In this document: positions 1 through 8,164 of the stretch, piece after piece
How the letters are laid out: each line of letters opens with the position of its first letter
How positions within the stretch are numbered: the first letter of the stretch is position 1
Source: Candidatus Limnocylindria bacterium
GTDB taxonomy: Bacteria > Chloroflexota > Limnocylindria > Limnocylindrales > CSP1-4
NCBI GenBank assembly: GCA_041491485.1
Contig: JBGPVC010000001.1
Coordinates: forward strand, 6,242 to 70,241
Length of the DNA stretch: 64,000 nucleotides
Direction of reading: 5' to 3'
Notes under the pieces: generated by a model
The model's database searches: none
Told to the model about the DNA's origin: nothing
Seen by the model: only the letters and a program-made list of their open reading frames with translations
Made by a program: the position numbers and the translations under genes

Positions 1-1
1 C

Positions 2-895
2 CTCGGCGTGCTCGGCTACGTCATCGGCTTCGCCATCTCCGGCACCGCCAGCGGCGGCATCGTGGCCACGGTCCTGGCCCTTGTGCTCGGATCGCTGTCG
101 GGCGTCGCCACCTACTTCGGCGGCGACAAGCTGGTGCTGACCGCCAGCGGCGCGCACCAGGTCGACGAGGCCTCGGCACCGCAACTGTTGAACGTGGTGC
201 GCGAGATGGCGATCGCCGCCAACGTGCCGATGCCTGCCGTCTACATCATCGACGACAGCGCCCCGAACGCCTTCGCCACTGGCCGTGACCCGCAGCATGC
301 GTCGGTGGCGGTGACCAGCGGCCTGCTCGACAAGCTCGATCGCGAAGAGCTCCAGGGTGTCCTCGGCCACGAGCTGTCGCATGTCCGCAACTTCGACATC
401 CGGTTCACGCTCGTGGTGGCCGTCATGGTCGGGGCGATCGCCATCCTGGCCGACTTCTTCCTGCGCTTCACGTTCTGGGGCGGAGGTCGTCGATCCAGCA
501 ATCGGGAAGGGGGCGGGGGAGCGCAGGCGATCATCTTCGTGATCGCCATCGTCCTCGCCATCCTGGCCCCGATCATCGCCCGCTTCATCCAGCTGGCGGT
601 CAGCCGTCAGCGCGAGTACCTGGCCGACGCTTCGTCGGTCGAGCTGACGCGCAACCCGTACGGCCTGGAGCGCGCGCTGGCCAAGATCTCGGGCGACAAG
701 GATGTCCTCGAGGTGGCCAACCGGGGCACGCAGCACATGTACTTCACCAACCCGATCAAGAAGTTCGAGCAGCGTTCGTCAGGGCTCATGTCGACCCACC
801 CGCCGATCCTCGATCGCATCAATCGGCTGCGCGAGCTGACCGGCGAGCCGCCGCTCGGCGCGGCCGACTCGGCCGGTCTCGCCGGGCTCGATTAG
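2..895 (+). CDS. htpX: Zinc metalloprotease HtpX (peptidase M48), 5' end lies upstream of the window
   Basis: HEXXH motif (HELSHV); hydrophobic TM stretches flank the catalytic region; the N-terminal TM of HtpX is absent so the reading frame continues off the 5' edge; TAG stop at 893-895. Confidence 0.85.
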   Translation, partial: LGVLGYVIGFAISGTASGGIVATVLALVLGSLSGVATYFGGDKLVLTASGAHQVDEASAPQLLNVVREMAIAANVPMPAVYIIDDSAPNAFATGRDPQHASVAVTSGLLDKLDREELQGVLGHELSHVRNFDIRFTLVVAVMVGAIAILADFFLRFTFWGGGRRSSNREGGGGAQAIIFVIAIVLAILAPIIARFIQLAVSRQREYLADASSVELTRNPYGLERALAKISGDKDVLEVANRGTQHMYFTNPIKKFEQRSSGLMSTHPPILDRINRLRELTGEPPLGAADSAGLAGLD

Positions 896-950
896 GTCGG
901 GCCGCGGCCGCGGAACACGGCCGGCTCGATTGCTGGCCGCGCGAGCCCCG

Positions 951-959
951 TGGTATCCT
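951..959 (+). promoter_or_regulatory. Extended -10-like element TGgTATCCT upstream of the tRNA cluster
   Basis: TGnTAnnCT followed by a CCG-rich discriminator, same family as the motif found at other operon starts in this window; lies ~40 nt upstream of tRNA-Phe. Confidence 0.3.
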
Positions 960-1000
960 CCGACGCGCCGACGGGCAGCCGACGGCTGGTTGACCATCGG

Positions 1001-1076
1001 GCCGAGATAGCTCAGTTGGTAGAGCACGCGACTGAAAATCGCGGTGTCGCCAGTTCGATTCTGGCTCTCGGCACCA
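1001..1076 (+). tRNA. tRNA-Phe (anticodon GAA)
   Basis: Cloverleaf folded by hand: 7-bp acceptor stem GCCGAGA/TCTCGGC, anticodon loop CTGAAAA, T-loop TTCGATT, discriminator A, encoded CCA. Confidence 0.95.
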
Positions 1077-1100
1077 CCGCAGGGTGGTCGGATCCTTCGA

Positions 1101-1176
1101 GCGGAAGTGGCTCAGTTGGTAGAGCATCACCTTGCCAAGGTGAGGGTCGCGGGTTCGAGTCCCGTCTTCCGCTCCA
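1101..1176 (+). tRNA. tRNA-Gly (anticodon GCC)
   Basis: Acceptor stem GCGGAAG/CTTCCGC, anticodon stem TCACC/GGTGA with loop TTGCCAA, T-loop TTCGAGT, encoded CCA. Confidence 0.95.
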
Positions 1177-1196
1177 GTTCTCCTCCTCTCGGCCGC

Positions 1197-1270
1197 TGCC
1201 CCTTCGTCTAGTGGTAGGACAGCGGACTTTGAATCCGTGAACCGAGGTTCGAACCCTCGAGGGGCAGCCA
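1197..1270 (+). tRNA. tRNA-Gln (anticodon UUG)
   Basis: U1:A72 acceptor pair and G73 discriminator as in bacterial tRNA-Gln; anticodon loop CTTTGAA; T-arm CGAGG-TTCGAAC-CCTCG; encoded CCA. Confidence 0.88.
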
Positions 1271-1307
1271 ACATCCGGGCATCGTCCCGCCGGCGACGAA
1301 CTCATCT

Positions 1308-1384
1308 GGCGACGTGGTGAAGTGGCTCAACACGGAGGTCTGCAAAACCTCTATTCACCGGTTCGAATCCGGTCGTCGCCTCCA
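1308..1384 (+). tRNA. tRNA-Cys (anticodon GCA)
   Basis: Acceptor stem GGCGACG/CGTCGCC, U73 discriminator typical of tRNA-Cys, anticodon stem GAGGT/ACCTC with loop CTGCAAA, T-loop TTCGAAT, encoded CCA. Confidence 0.9.
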
Positions 1385-1397
1385 CAACTGAAACGAA

Positions 1398-1424
1398 CGA
1401 GCCCGCTGACCAGCAGCGGGCTCG
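1398..1424. terminator. Perfect 11-bp inverted repeat (CGAGCCCGCTG-accag-CAGCGGGCTCG) between convergent tRNA-Cys and the ABC permease
   Basis: Palindrome read directly from the sequence; sits between the 3' ends of two convergent transcription units; no U-tract, as is common in high-GC genomes. Confidence 0.5.
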
Positions 1425-1448
1425 TCGCGATTCCCTGAGCGTGGCGCG

Positions 1449-2774
1449 TCAGGCGCCGGCTCGGACCAACCGCCAGATGGCGCGGATTCCTGGCCGCTGG
1501 CCGTAGAGCAGGACGCCGGCGCGATAGATCCTGGCGGCCAGCCAGAGCGCGCCGATGATCGATGCCACGAGGAGCACGATCGACAAGATGATCTCCCACG
1601 GCTCCGCGGCTCCGGCTGCGACGCGGCCGATCATCATGAACGGGCTGACGAACGGGACCTGCGACAGCGCCGTCACCCAGCCTGACCGGATGTCGAGGAG
1701 GCCCATCGCCGCGTAGACGCCGATGAGATAGCCGCCCGTGGACACGAGGGTCATCGGCATGACGGCTGCGTTGATGTCCTCCATCCGGCTTACCAGCGAT
1801 CCGGCGGCGGCGTACAGCGATGCGTAGATCAGGAACCCCAGCACGCCGTAGATGCCGAAGAACAGCAACAGCCCGATGGTCAGTCCCTCCGGCAGCTCGG
1901 TGGCCGTTCCAGCCGTTCCGAGGATGGTGTCGGCAACAGGGCCCTGGACCAGGAGCGCCACCACTCCGGCCAGCACGACGGCGGCATACTGGGTGAAGGC
2001 GACCGCCCCGACACCGAGGACCTTGCCGGTCAGGAGCTGGAACGGGCTGGCGGCGTTGAGGACCACCTCCATCACCCGGGACGACTTCTCCTCGACCACG
2101 CTCATGGCGATCCAGTTGCCGTACATGATGATGATCATGAAGATCAGGATGGTCATCCCGAAGGCGAGCATGTCCCGGCCGACCATGCTCACCGTGTCCT
2201 GCGTCGGCTCGGTCTTCGCCGGATCCGGCCAGGCTGGCCTGAAGTTGGCGGGGGAATCGAAGCCGACCTGTTCGTTCGGAGCGACGCCCAGGCGCGCCAA
2301 CCGATCGCCGATGGCGATCTTGTCCGAGGCCAGCCGAACCAATGATGCCGTCGATCCGGTCGCATTCTGGTTCGTGTAGAACGTGAACCTGAGTTCACCA
2401 TCGGGGCCGCGAACGATCGCGAGGACTCCGGCATAGTCGTTCTTGCTGGCTGCCTCACGAGCGGCGGGAAGGTCGCTGACCTTTGACACCGTGAAGTCGG
2501 GAACGCCGCTCCCGCCCGCCTGACCGGCTGCGGTCGCCGGATTCAGGTAAGCAGTCAGCTTGGCCACCGGATCGACGGTCAGGTCTGGAGCGTTCACATA
2601 CACCGCTACCTTCTCGTTCACCGTCCGATCGACGTAGCGAATGATTACCGGCAGGAACGCGATGACCGCCACGCCCAGCACGAGCAGCACCGTCCCGAAG
2701 ATGAAGCTCCGGGTCCGTACACGAACGGTGAATTCGCGGCTCGCGATGTTGAAGATGTTCCGCAGGTTGCTCAT
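1449..2774 (-). CDS. ABC-2 family transporter permease with a large extracytoplasmic loop
   Basis: N-terminal TM helix, ~170-aa extracytoplasmic region, C-terminal multi-TM bundle; start overlaps the ATPase stop by 4 bp (ATGA). Confidence 0.8.
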   Translation of the reverse strand: MSNLRNIFNIASREFTVRVRTRSFIFGTVLLVLGVAVIAFLPVIIRYVDRTVNEKVAVYVNAPDLTVDPVAKLTAYLNPATAAGQAGGSGVPDFTVSKVSDLPAAREAASKNDYAGVLAIVRGPDGELRFTFYTNQNATGSTASLVRLASDKIAIGDRLARLGVAPNEQVGFDSPANFRPAWPDPAKTEPTQDTVSMVGRDMLAFGMTILIFMIIIMYGNWIAMSVVEEKSSRVMEVVLNAASPFQLLTGKVLGVGAVAFTQYAAVVLAGVVALLVQGPVADTILGTAGTATELPEGLTIGLLLFFGIYGVLGFLIYASLYAAAGSLVSRMEDINAAVMPMTLVSTGGYLIGVYAAMGLLDIRSGWVTALSQVPFVSPFMMIGRVAAGAAEPWEIILSIVLLVASIIGALWLAARIYRAGVLLYGQRPGIRAIWRLVRAGA

Positions 2775-3712
2775 CGTGCCGACTCCTCGGCTGCCGCCAG
2801 GGTCCGTTCCTCGAGGTCGAGCGCGCCGACCTTCTCGACGAAGACCTCCTCGAGCGATGGGTCACCGACCTCGAAGCGGAGCACGTCGCCCCGACCCATC
2901 GCCGCGCGGAGAACGGCCTGGGGATCGGCGCCGGCGTCGACGCGCAACTCGGTGAAGTCGTGACCCGGTCTCGTGACCGTGACGTGCGGCAGCGACAGCA
3001 GCCAGTTGCCGTTGCCGTCACCGGCGGTCGCGACGCGGATGACCTGGTGGCCGGTGGAGCGCTTGACCTCGCGTGTCGTTCCGGCCGTGATCACTCGCCC
3101 GTGGTCGATGATCGCGACGGAGTCGCAGAGCTCCTCGGCCTGATCGAGCTGATGGGTGCTGAACAGGATCGTCTTGCCTCGATCGCGCATCTCGGTGAAG
3201 GCCGACTTGAGCATGGCCACGTTGACCGGGTCGAGCCCGGCGAACGGCTCATCCATCAGGAGCACGTCCGGGTCGTGGAGGATCGTGGCGATGTACTGGA
3301 CCTTCTGCTGGTTGCCCTTGGACAGGCTCTCCGCCTTGCGGTCGGCGTACTCGGCGATCCGGAAGCGCCTCAACCACACCAGGGCTTCCTTCCGGGCTCG
3401 CGATCTCGACATGCCGTACAGCGACGCAAAGTAGACGAGCTGGTCGACGACCGGCATGCGCCCATAGAGGCCGCGTTCCTCAGGCATGTAGCCCCACACG
3501 CGACGAGGCCAGGCCTTCGCCTCGCGGTCCTTCCACGTCACGGTCCCGGCGTCGGCCCGAAGGAAGCCGAGCACGATGCGCATGGTCGTCGTCTTGCCGG
3601 CCCCGTTGGCACCGAGAAAGCCGAACACCTCGCCCGGTCGGACCGTCAGGCTGACACCGTCGAGCGCCTGCACCTCCCCGAACGCTTTCCGTAGACCTTC
3701 GATCTGCAGCAT
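2771..3712 (-). CDS. ABC transporter ATP-binding protein
   Basis: Walker A GANGAGKTT, ABC signature LSKGNQQKV, Walker B LLMDEPFAGLD; start chosen at MLQIEGLRKAFG (GAGGGAAA SD 4 nt upstream), alternative ATG at 3760. Confidence 0.88.
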   Translation of the reverse strand: MLQIEGLRKAFGEVQALDGVSLTVRPGEVFGFLGANGAGKTTTMRIVLGFLRADAGTVTWKDREAKAWPRRVWGYMPEERGLYGRMPVVDQLVYFASLYGMSRSRARKEALVWLRRFRIAEYADRKAESLSKGNQQKVQYIATILHDPDVLLMDEPFAGLDPVNVAMLKSAFTEMRDRGKTILFSTHQLDQAEELCDSVAIIDHGRVITAGTTREVKRSTGHQVIRVATAGDGNGNWLLSLPHVTVTRPGHDFTELRVDAGADPQAVLRAAMGRGDVLRFEVGDPSLEEVFVEKVGALDLEERTLAAAEESAR

Positions 3713-3928
3713 CGTTTCCCTCGCCAACGTACGTGCACCAAAAGCCGAGCATGCGGACATTGGGACGTGACCGAGTAGAGCCTTCCGTCACGTTCTTGAA
3801 TGGCCGGTGTCCCGACCCATCGCTCGAAGGACACGCCGGGAGCGGCTGCAAGCCGCTTGACAGGAAGGCTCGCCCAGCCGGGCTGGTTGAGGGCCGGACC
3901 TTCCCGGTTCGACTACCCTTCGGCGTGC

Positions 3929-4015
3929 GCCGGAGTGGCGGAACTGGCAGACGCAGCGGACTTAAACTCCGCGGTCCGAAAGGACGTCCGGGTTCAAATC
4001 CCGGCTCCGGCACCA
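3929..4015 (+). tRNA. tRNA-Leu (anticodon UAA), type II with long variable arm
   Basis: Acceptor stem GCCGGAG/CTCCGGC, anticodon loop CTTAAAC, long variable arm GGTCCGAAAGGAC, T-loop TTCAAAT, encoded CCA; 87 nt. Confidence 0.92.
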
Positions 4016-4238
4016 CGATCCATCGGGATCCGTGGCGAATGGTGCGGCCATCGAGCGTCGGGGGTGTCGCCGAGACGACAGGTCCTCGGTCCGGCGAGTG
4101 ATAGCGGGGCCGCGCACGGGTCCCTAGTCTTCAGGTACGGCGACCCGATCCGGACAGCATCGTTCCCCCGGCGGTGTTCCCATCGGGCCGCCGGCTTCGC
4201 CGTGTGGTGGGTGAGTTGGCGTGCGTCGCGCGGGCGTT

Positions 4239-4276
4239 GCGAGTCGGCGCGGCTGCGCCCGGCGAGTCGGCGCGGC
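4239..4276. repeat. Direct 15-mer repeat GCGAGTCGGCGCGGC x2 (8-nt gap), with a third partial copy inside the adjacent palindrome
   Basis: Exact copies at 4239-4253 and 4262-4276; related CCGAGTCGGCGAC at 4286-4298. Confidence 0.45.
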
Positions 4277-4285
4277 CGTGCCAGG

Positions 4286-4302
4286 CCGAGTCGGCGACTC
4301 GG
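4286..4302 (-). terminator. 7-bp stem/3-nt loop palindrome CCGAGTC-ggc-GACTCGG 7 nt downstream of the receiver-ATPase stop
   Basis: Inverted repeat read from sequence; lies directly 3' of the minus-strand CDS ending at 4310 and is followed by GGCCGGCC. Confidence 0.35.
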
Positions 4303-4309
4303 GCCGGCC

Positions 4310-5587
4310 TCAGCGGCGACGGCGGAACAGGCCGCCCGATCGGTGCTCGTCCTGCACGCCAAGCGGACCGCCGCCATCCCGGCCGAAGGCCAGGCCGCTC
4401 AGGCGGACCAGCCGCTCCGCCGCGATCGATCGCGCTGCGCCGATCACGACCGGGATCCCCTCGTTGACCGCCTTGAGGTAGATGAACGGGTCGTAAGGGA
4501 GCTCGAGCGTGACCTTGGATCCGAGGGCGCTCTCCACGTCGCGCAGCTTCAAGATCTCGCGGGCAAAGGCATTGTTGAGGACGAACATCGCCTTCGTGCC
4601 CAGGGCGCCAGTTTCGGTCAGATACTCGAGCAGCGTGTGCATGGCGTTGAGCGCGGCGATCTCCGGGTAGACCGGGAGGAGGACCGTGTCGGCTCGCTCG
4701 AATACGGCGAGGACGCGCTCGTCGAGCGTGGATCCCGCGTCGACCACGACGAGCTCGTAGGCGTCGAGCAGGGTTCCGAGGATCCGGTCCACGTGGGACT
4801 GGGTGATCGTTTCGGCGGCCTCGGGCTGGGCGGGCGCGGCAAGAACGTGGAGACCGCTCGAATGGGGCGTTGCATACGAGCGGATCAGCTCCGCTTCACG
4901 CATCGCCGCGTCATCCCGGACGATGTCGGCGAGCGTCTGTCTGGGACGCAGGTTGAGATGGGTGGCGACGCCTCCGAATTGGAGCGCAAGGTCCACCAGA
5001 ACCACCTGTGTCGGTCGAGTCGCCGCCGCCGCGACGGCGACGTTGGTCGCGATCGTGGTCGTCCCGACGCCGCCCTTCGGGCTGAACACGGCCACGGCCC
5101 GACGCGCCCTGGTCATCACCGCGCCGTCCGTCGAGATCGGCGCCAGGTCCCTCGACCGCTGGAAGCGGAGCAGCAGCGCTTCGACCCTGGCCTCGAGCTC
5201 GCGGGCATCGAACGGGCGGGCCATCACATCGTCGGCTCCGGCCTCGAGGAAGCGGATTCGCTCCTCGACGTCGTCGCTCGCGCTGATGCACATGACGGGC
5301 ACGGCCGACAGTGACGGGGTCGCCCGGATCTCGGCGCAGATGTCAATCCCGGTGCGGACGCCGGTGACGACATCCACGATCACGAGCTGGTGATCGGCCG
5401 CGAGCTGAAGGGCCTCGTCGGCGTTCGCGGCCTGCGTCAAGGCGTAGCCGGTGCCGGTCAGGATCGCCTCGATGCCGGCACCGACGACAGGATCGGATTC
5501 GAGGAGCAGGATGGAACTGGCGGGCACGAACCCTCCGCAGCGTGAGAACCGGGGCCACTCGGCTCGGTCGCGATTGCTCTTGAGCAT
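4310..5587 (-). CDS. Response-regulator receiver domain fused to a ParA/MinD-family ATPase (CpaE/TadZ-like architecture)
   Basis: N-terminal receiver-like fold (LVIVDVV Asp, ...CISAS...); ATPase domain with deviant Walker A SPKGGVGTTT and ParA/MinD-like downstream motifs. Confidence 0.8.
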   Translation of the reverse strand: MLKSNRDRAEWPRFSRCGGFVPASSILLLESDPVVGAGIEAILTGTGYALTQAANADEALQLAADHQLVIVDVVTGVRTGIDICAEIRATPSLSAVPVMCISASDDVEERIRFLEAGADDVMARPFDARELEARVEALLLRFQRSRDLAPISTDGAVMTRARRAVAVFSPKGGVGTTTIATNVAVAAAATRPTQVVLVDLALQFGGVATHLNLRPRQTLADIVRDDAAMREAELIRSYATPHSSGLHVLAAPAQPEAAETITQSHVDRILGTLLDAYELVVVDAGSTLDERVLAVFERADTVLLPVYPEIAALNAMHTLLEYLTETGALGTKAMFVLNNAFAREILKLRDVESALGSKVTLELPYDPFIYLKAVNEGIPVVIGAARSIAAERLVRLSGLAFGRDGGGPLGVQDEHRSGGLFRRRR

Positions 5588-5627
5588 ACAACGGCATGCC
5601 GGCTCGGCGAAGGCAACGCCGGGCTCG

Positions 5628-5636
5628 TGCTAGACT
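5628..5636 (+). promoter_or_regulatory. Extended -10 (TGcTAGACT) promoter of the rpsF-ssb-rpsR operon
   Basis: cgTGcTAGACTCCGCGCC matches the recurrent window motif; ~75 nt upstream of rpsF ATG (5712), which is preceded by a GGAAGGAG SD. Confidence 0.45.
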
Positions 5637-5711
5637 CCGCGCCGGATCCTTTCCGCTCCGTGCCGGGTCAGCCGTCAGCGGGGCATCCCCACAGGAAGGA
5701 GTGACGCGCGT

Positions 5712-6146
5712 ATGCGCCGCTACGAACTCATGCTCGTCATCCGCCCCGATGTGGCGGACGACAAGAGCCAGGCCCTCGTCGACAGGACCACCCGCCAGAT
5801 CGTCACCGCCGGTGGCCAGATCGTGAAGGTCGCTCCCTGGGGCCGGCGGCGCCTGGCGTACCCGATCGATCGCCATCGCGAGGGTTCCTACCAGATCATC
5901 CTGTTCGAGGCCCCGTCGGACGCGATCGCCGAGCTCGAGCACACCCTCCTCATCACCGAGGAGGTGCTGCGCCACCTCGTGACCCGCGTCGAGCGCCCGA
6001 TCAAGGCGGCCCGCCGTGACGGCGAGGAAGGCGAAGGGCTCGACGACACCGAGTTGCCGTCCGGGCTGGACGAGGACGAAGACCTGGATCACGCCGAGTT
6101 CATCGACGAATCCGAGAGCGAAGCGGCACCGGCCGCCATCGACTGA
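5712..6146 (+). CDS. rpsF: 30S ribosomal protein S6
   Basis: MRRYELMLVIRPD... S6 fold signature with acidic C-terminal tail; SD GGAAGGAG. Confidence 0.95.
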   Translation: MRRYELMLVIRPDVADDKSQALVDRTTRQIVTAGGQIVKVAPWGRRRLAYPIDRHREGSYQIILFEAPSDAIAELEHTLLITEEVLRHLVTRVERPIKAARRDGEEGEGLDDTELPSGLDEDEDLDHAEFIDESESEAAPAAID

Positions 6147-6158
6147 GGAGGGTCACCG

Positions 6159-6617
6159 ATGGCGTTCTGCAAGCTCATGATCATCGGCAATCTGGGGCGC
6201 GATCCCGAGATGCGCTACACGCCGACCGGCAAGCCGGTGACGCAGTTCACGGTGGCGGTCAACCAGAGCACCAAGAACCAGCAGACCGGCGAATGGACCG
6301 AGGAGACGGACTGGTTCCGCGTGAGCGTCTTCGGTGACCGCGCGGAACGCGCAGCCGAGCAGCTCCGCAAGGGCAACCGCGTCTTCGTGGAAGGCCGGTT
6401 CCGGACGCGCGAGTTCGAGGGCAACGACGGCCAGAAGCGCACCTCGCTCGATGTCACCGCGGACAACGTGATCAGCCTCGAACGGCGTCCACGCGACGAC
6501 GACGCCGCCTTCAGCGGCGCTCCGGCGGCCGCGGCGGGGGCACCGGGCGGTGGCTCCTCCGGTGGCGGATCACGTCCGCCGGCCGACGATACCGACATCG
6601 ACGACCTTCCCTTCTGA
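6159..6617 (+). CDS. ssb: Single-stranded DNA-binding protein
   Basis: OB-fold N-terminus (MIIGNLGRDPEMRYTPTGKPV...), Gly-rich linker, acidic C-terminal tip DIDDLPF; SD GAGGAGGG. Confidence 0.95.
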   Translation: MAFCKLMIIGNLGRDPEMRYTPTGKPVTQFTVAVNQSTKNQQTGEWTEETDWFRVSVFGDRAERAAEQLRKGNRVFVEGRFRTREFEGNDGQKRTSLDVTADNVISLERRPRDDDAAFSGAPAAAAGAPGGGSSGGGSRPPADDTDIDDLPF

Positions 6618-6632
6618 GCAGGAGTCCAGCCA

Positions 6633-6902
6633 ATGCCGCCCCCCATCCGAGCCAAGAAGCGAGACGACTTCTACCGCGATCGGCGCCGCCGCAAGGTGTG
6701 TGCCTTCTGTGCCGACAAGACGGTCCAGATCGACTACAAGGAGGTCAACCGCCTCCGTCGCTACCTGTCCGAACGCGCCAAGATCGAGCCACGGCGCAAG
6801 ACCGGCACGTGCGCCGGACACCAGCGGGAGCTGTCGGTCGCGCTCAAGCGCGCCCGGCACGTCGCCCTGCTCCCGTACGCGCCCCAGCACCTCCGCCCAT
6901 AG
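6633..6902 (+). CDS. rpsR: 30S ribosomal protein S18
   Basis: CAFCADK...[20 protein letters not shown]18 signature; SD GCAGGAG. Confidence 0.95.
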   Translation: MPPPIRAKKRDDFYRDRRRRKVCAFCADKTVQIDYKEVNRLRRYLSERAKIEPRRKTGTCAGHQRELSVALKRARHVALLPYAPQHLRP

Positions 6903-6960
6903 CGCGATCCGCCGTGTCGGGTGCAGCCTGGGTGCCGCTTCCGGTCCGGGCCGGTCCGAC

Positions 6961-7794
6961 GTGATCGTCGGGCTGTGGATGATCGGCGGTGGGGTCGCGG
7001 CCGGCGTCTTCGGATCACTGCTCGGACTGGGTGGCGGCATCCTCATCGTGCCGCTTCTGACCCTTGGCTTCGGGCTGCCGTTGCGGGAGGCGGTCGGCGT
7101 CTCCCTGGTCTCGGTGATGATGACCAGCAGCGCGGCGGCCGGGGTCTACCTCGAGCGGCACGTGGCCAACCTTCGGCTGGGCATGACCCTGGAACTGTTC
7201 ACGGCGATCGGCGCACTGGTCGGCGGCTCGATCGCGTTCCTCCTCGACGAGCGACTCCTGTCGCTCCTGTTCGCCACGCTCCTGGCATACGTGGCCTTCA
7301 CGATGCTCCAGGCACGAACCGGTGAGACGTCGCGTGGCGTCGACACGCCTGACGTCGACCTCGCGTCGAAGGACGGCTCACCATCGCGACCGACCGTGCT
7401 GGACCGGCTCGGTGGTGAGGGCTACCAGGTCAGGAACCTGGGGCGCGGGATCGTTGGGGCGCTCGGGGCCGGCGTCGCCTCGGCGTTGCTCGGCATCGGC
7501 GGCGGCATCATCAAGGTCCCGCTCATGCACCTCGCCATGGGTGTCCCGCTGCGCGTCGCGACGGCGACCAGCAACCTGATGATCGGGATCACGGCAGCCG
7601 CCAGCGCCGTCATCTACCTGATCCACGGCGGGATCGATCCCTACGTCGCCGGGCCGACCGGGATCGGGGTCTTCGTCGGCGCGACGGCTGGCTCCCGCCT
7701 GGGGCACCGCCTCGACCTGAGCTACCTGCGCCTCCTGTTCGTCGTCGTCCTGGGCTACACGGCGTTCCAGATGCTGCTGCGGGTCCTGCAATGA
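6961..7794 (+). CDS. TauE/SafE (DUF81) family membrane transporter
   Basis: Two internally repeated halves of GxxGxGGGxxxVPLL-type TM segments; GTG start at 6961 chosen (alternative ATG 6982); the upstream part of the 6550 ORF overlaps rpsR and is rejected. Confidence 0.75.
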   Translation: MIVGLWMIGGGVAAGVFGSLLGLGGGILIVPLLTLGFGLPLREAVGVSLVSVMMTSSAAAGVYLERHVANLRLGMTLELFTAIGALVGGSIAFLLDERLLSLLFATLLAYVAFTMLQARTGETSRGVDTPDVDLASKDGSPSRPTVLDRLGGEGYQVRNLGRGIVGALGAGVASALLGIGGGIIKVPLMHLAMGVPLRVATATSNLMIGITAAASAVIYLIHGGIDPYVAGPTGIGVFVGATAGSRLGHRLDLSYLRLLFVVVLGYTAFQMLLRVLQ

Positions 7795-8162
7795 CAGCCT
7801 CCGGGCGTGCCCGCGGGCTCGCCGCCGAGCGGTTCATCGGCCGGCTCCTGAGCGGTATCACCTACGTTTCGGTCGCCCTGCTCGTGGTCGGGGTTGCGCT
7901 GCTGATGGCTGCAGGCGTCTCGCCGGTCTCCGGTGGACCGGCGATGGATCCCGGCCGGCTCGTCTCGGATCTTGTGGGGTTGAAGCCGGCCGGATTCCTG
8001 TGGCTCGGTCTCGTCGCGGTGATCGCGGCACCGGTCACCCGGGTGACCGTCGCCCTGGTGGCATATGCTCGGGACGAGGACTGGCTGATGGTGGGGGTGT
8101 CCACGGCGATCCTGCTGGTCATCGCGATCGCGATCGGCAGTGCCGTGGTGTCGACGGTCTGA
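7791..8162 (+). CDS. DUF1634 small membrane protein (usual partner of DUF81/TauE)
   Basis: Two to three TM helices; ATGA overlap with the preceding TauE gene; a conserved pairing with DUF81. Confidence 0.65.
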   Translation: MTASGRARGLAAERFIGRLLSGITYVSVALLVVGVALLMAAGVSPVSGGPAMDPGRLVSDLVGLKPAGFLWLGLVAVIAAPVTRVTVALVAYARDEDWLMVGVSTAILLVIAIAIGSAVVSTV

Positions 8163-8164
8163 CG

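Noticed and set aside
3857-3862. Perfect TTGACA -35 hexamer upstream of tRNA-Leu
   Set aside because: No acceptable -10 at a 16-19 nt spacing; other promoters in this window appear to rely on extended -10 elements without -35 boxes, so this hexamer is probably fortuitous
6550-6960. N-terminal 137 aa of ORF 6550-7794 (overlapping ssb/rpsR)
   Set aside because: Pro/Arg/Ser-rich junk overlapping two bona fide genes; the real TauE protein begins at the hydrophobic segment near 6961
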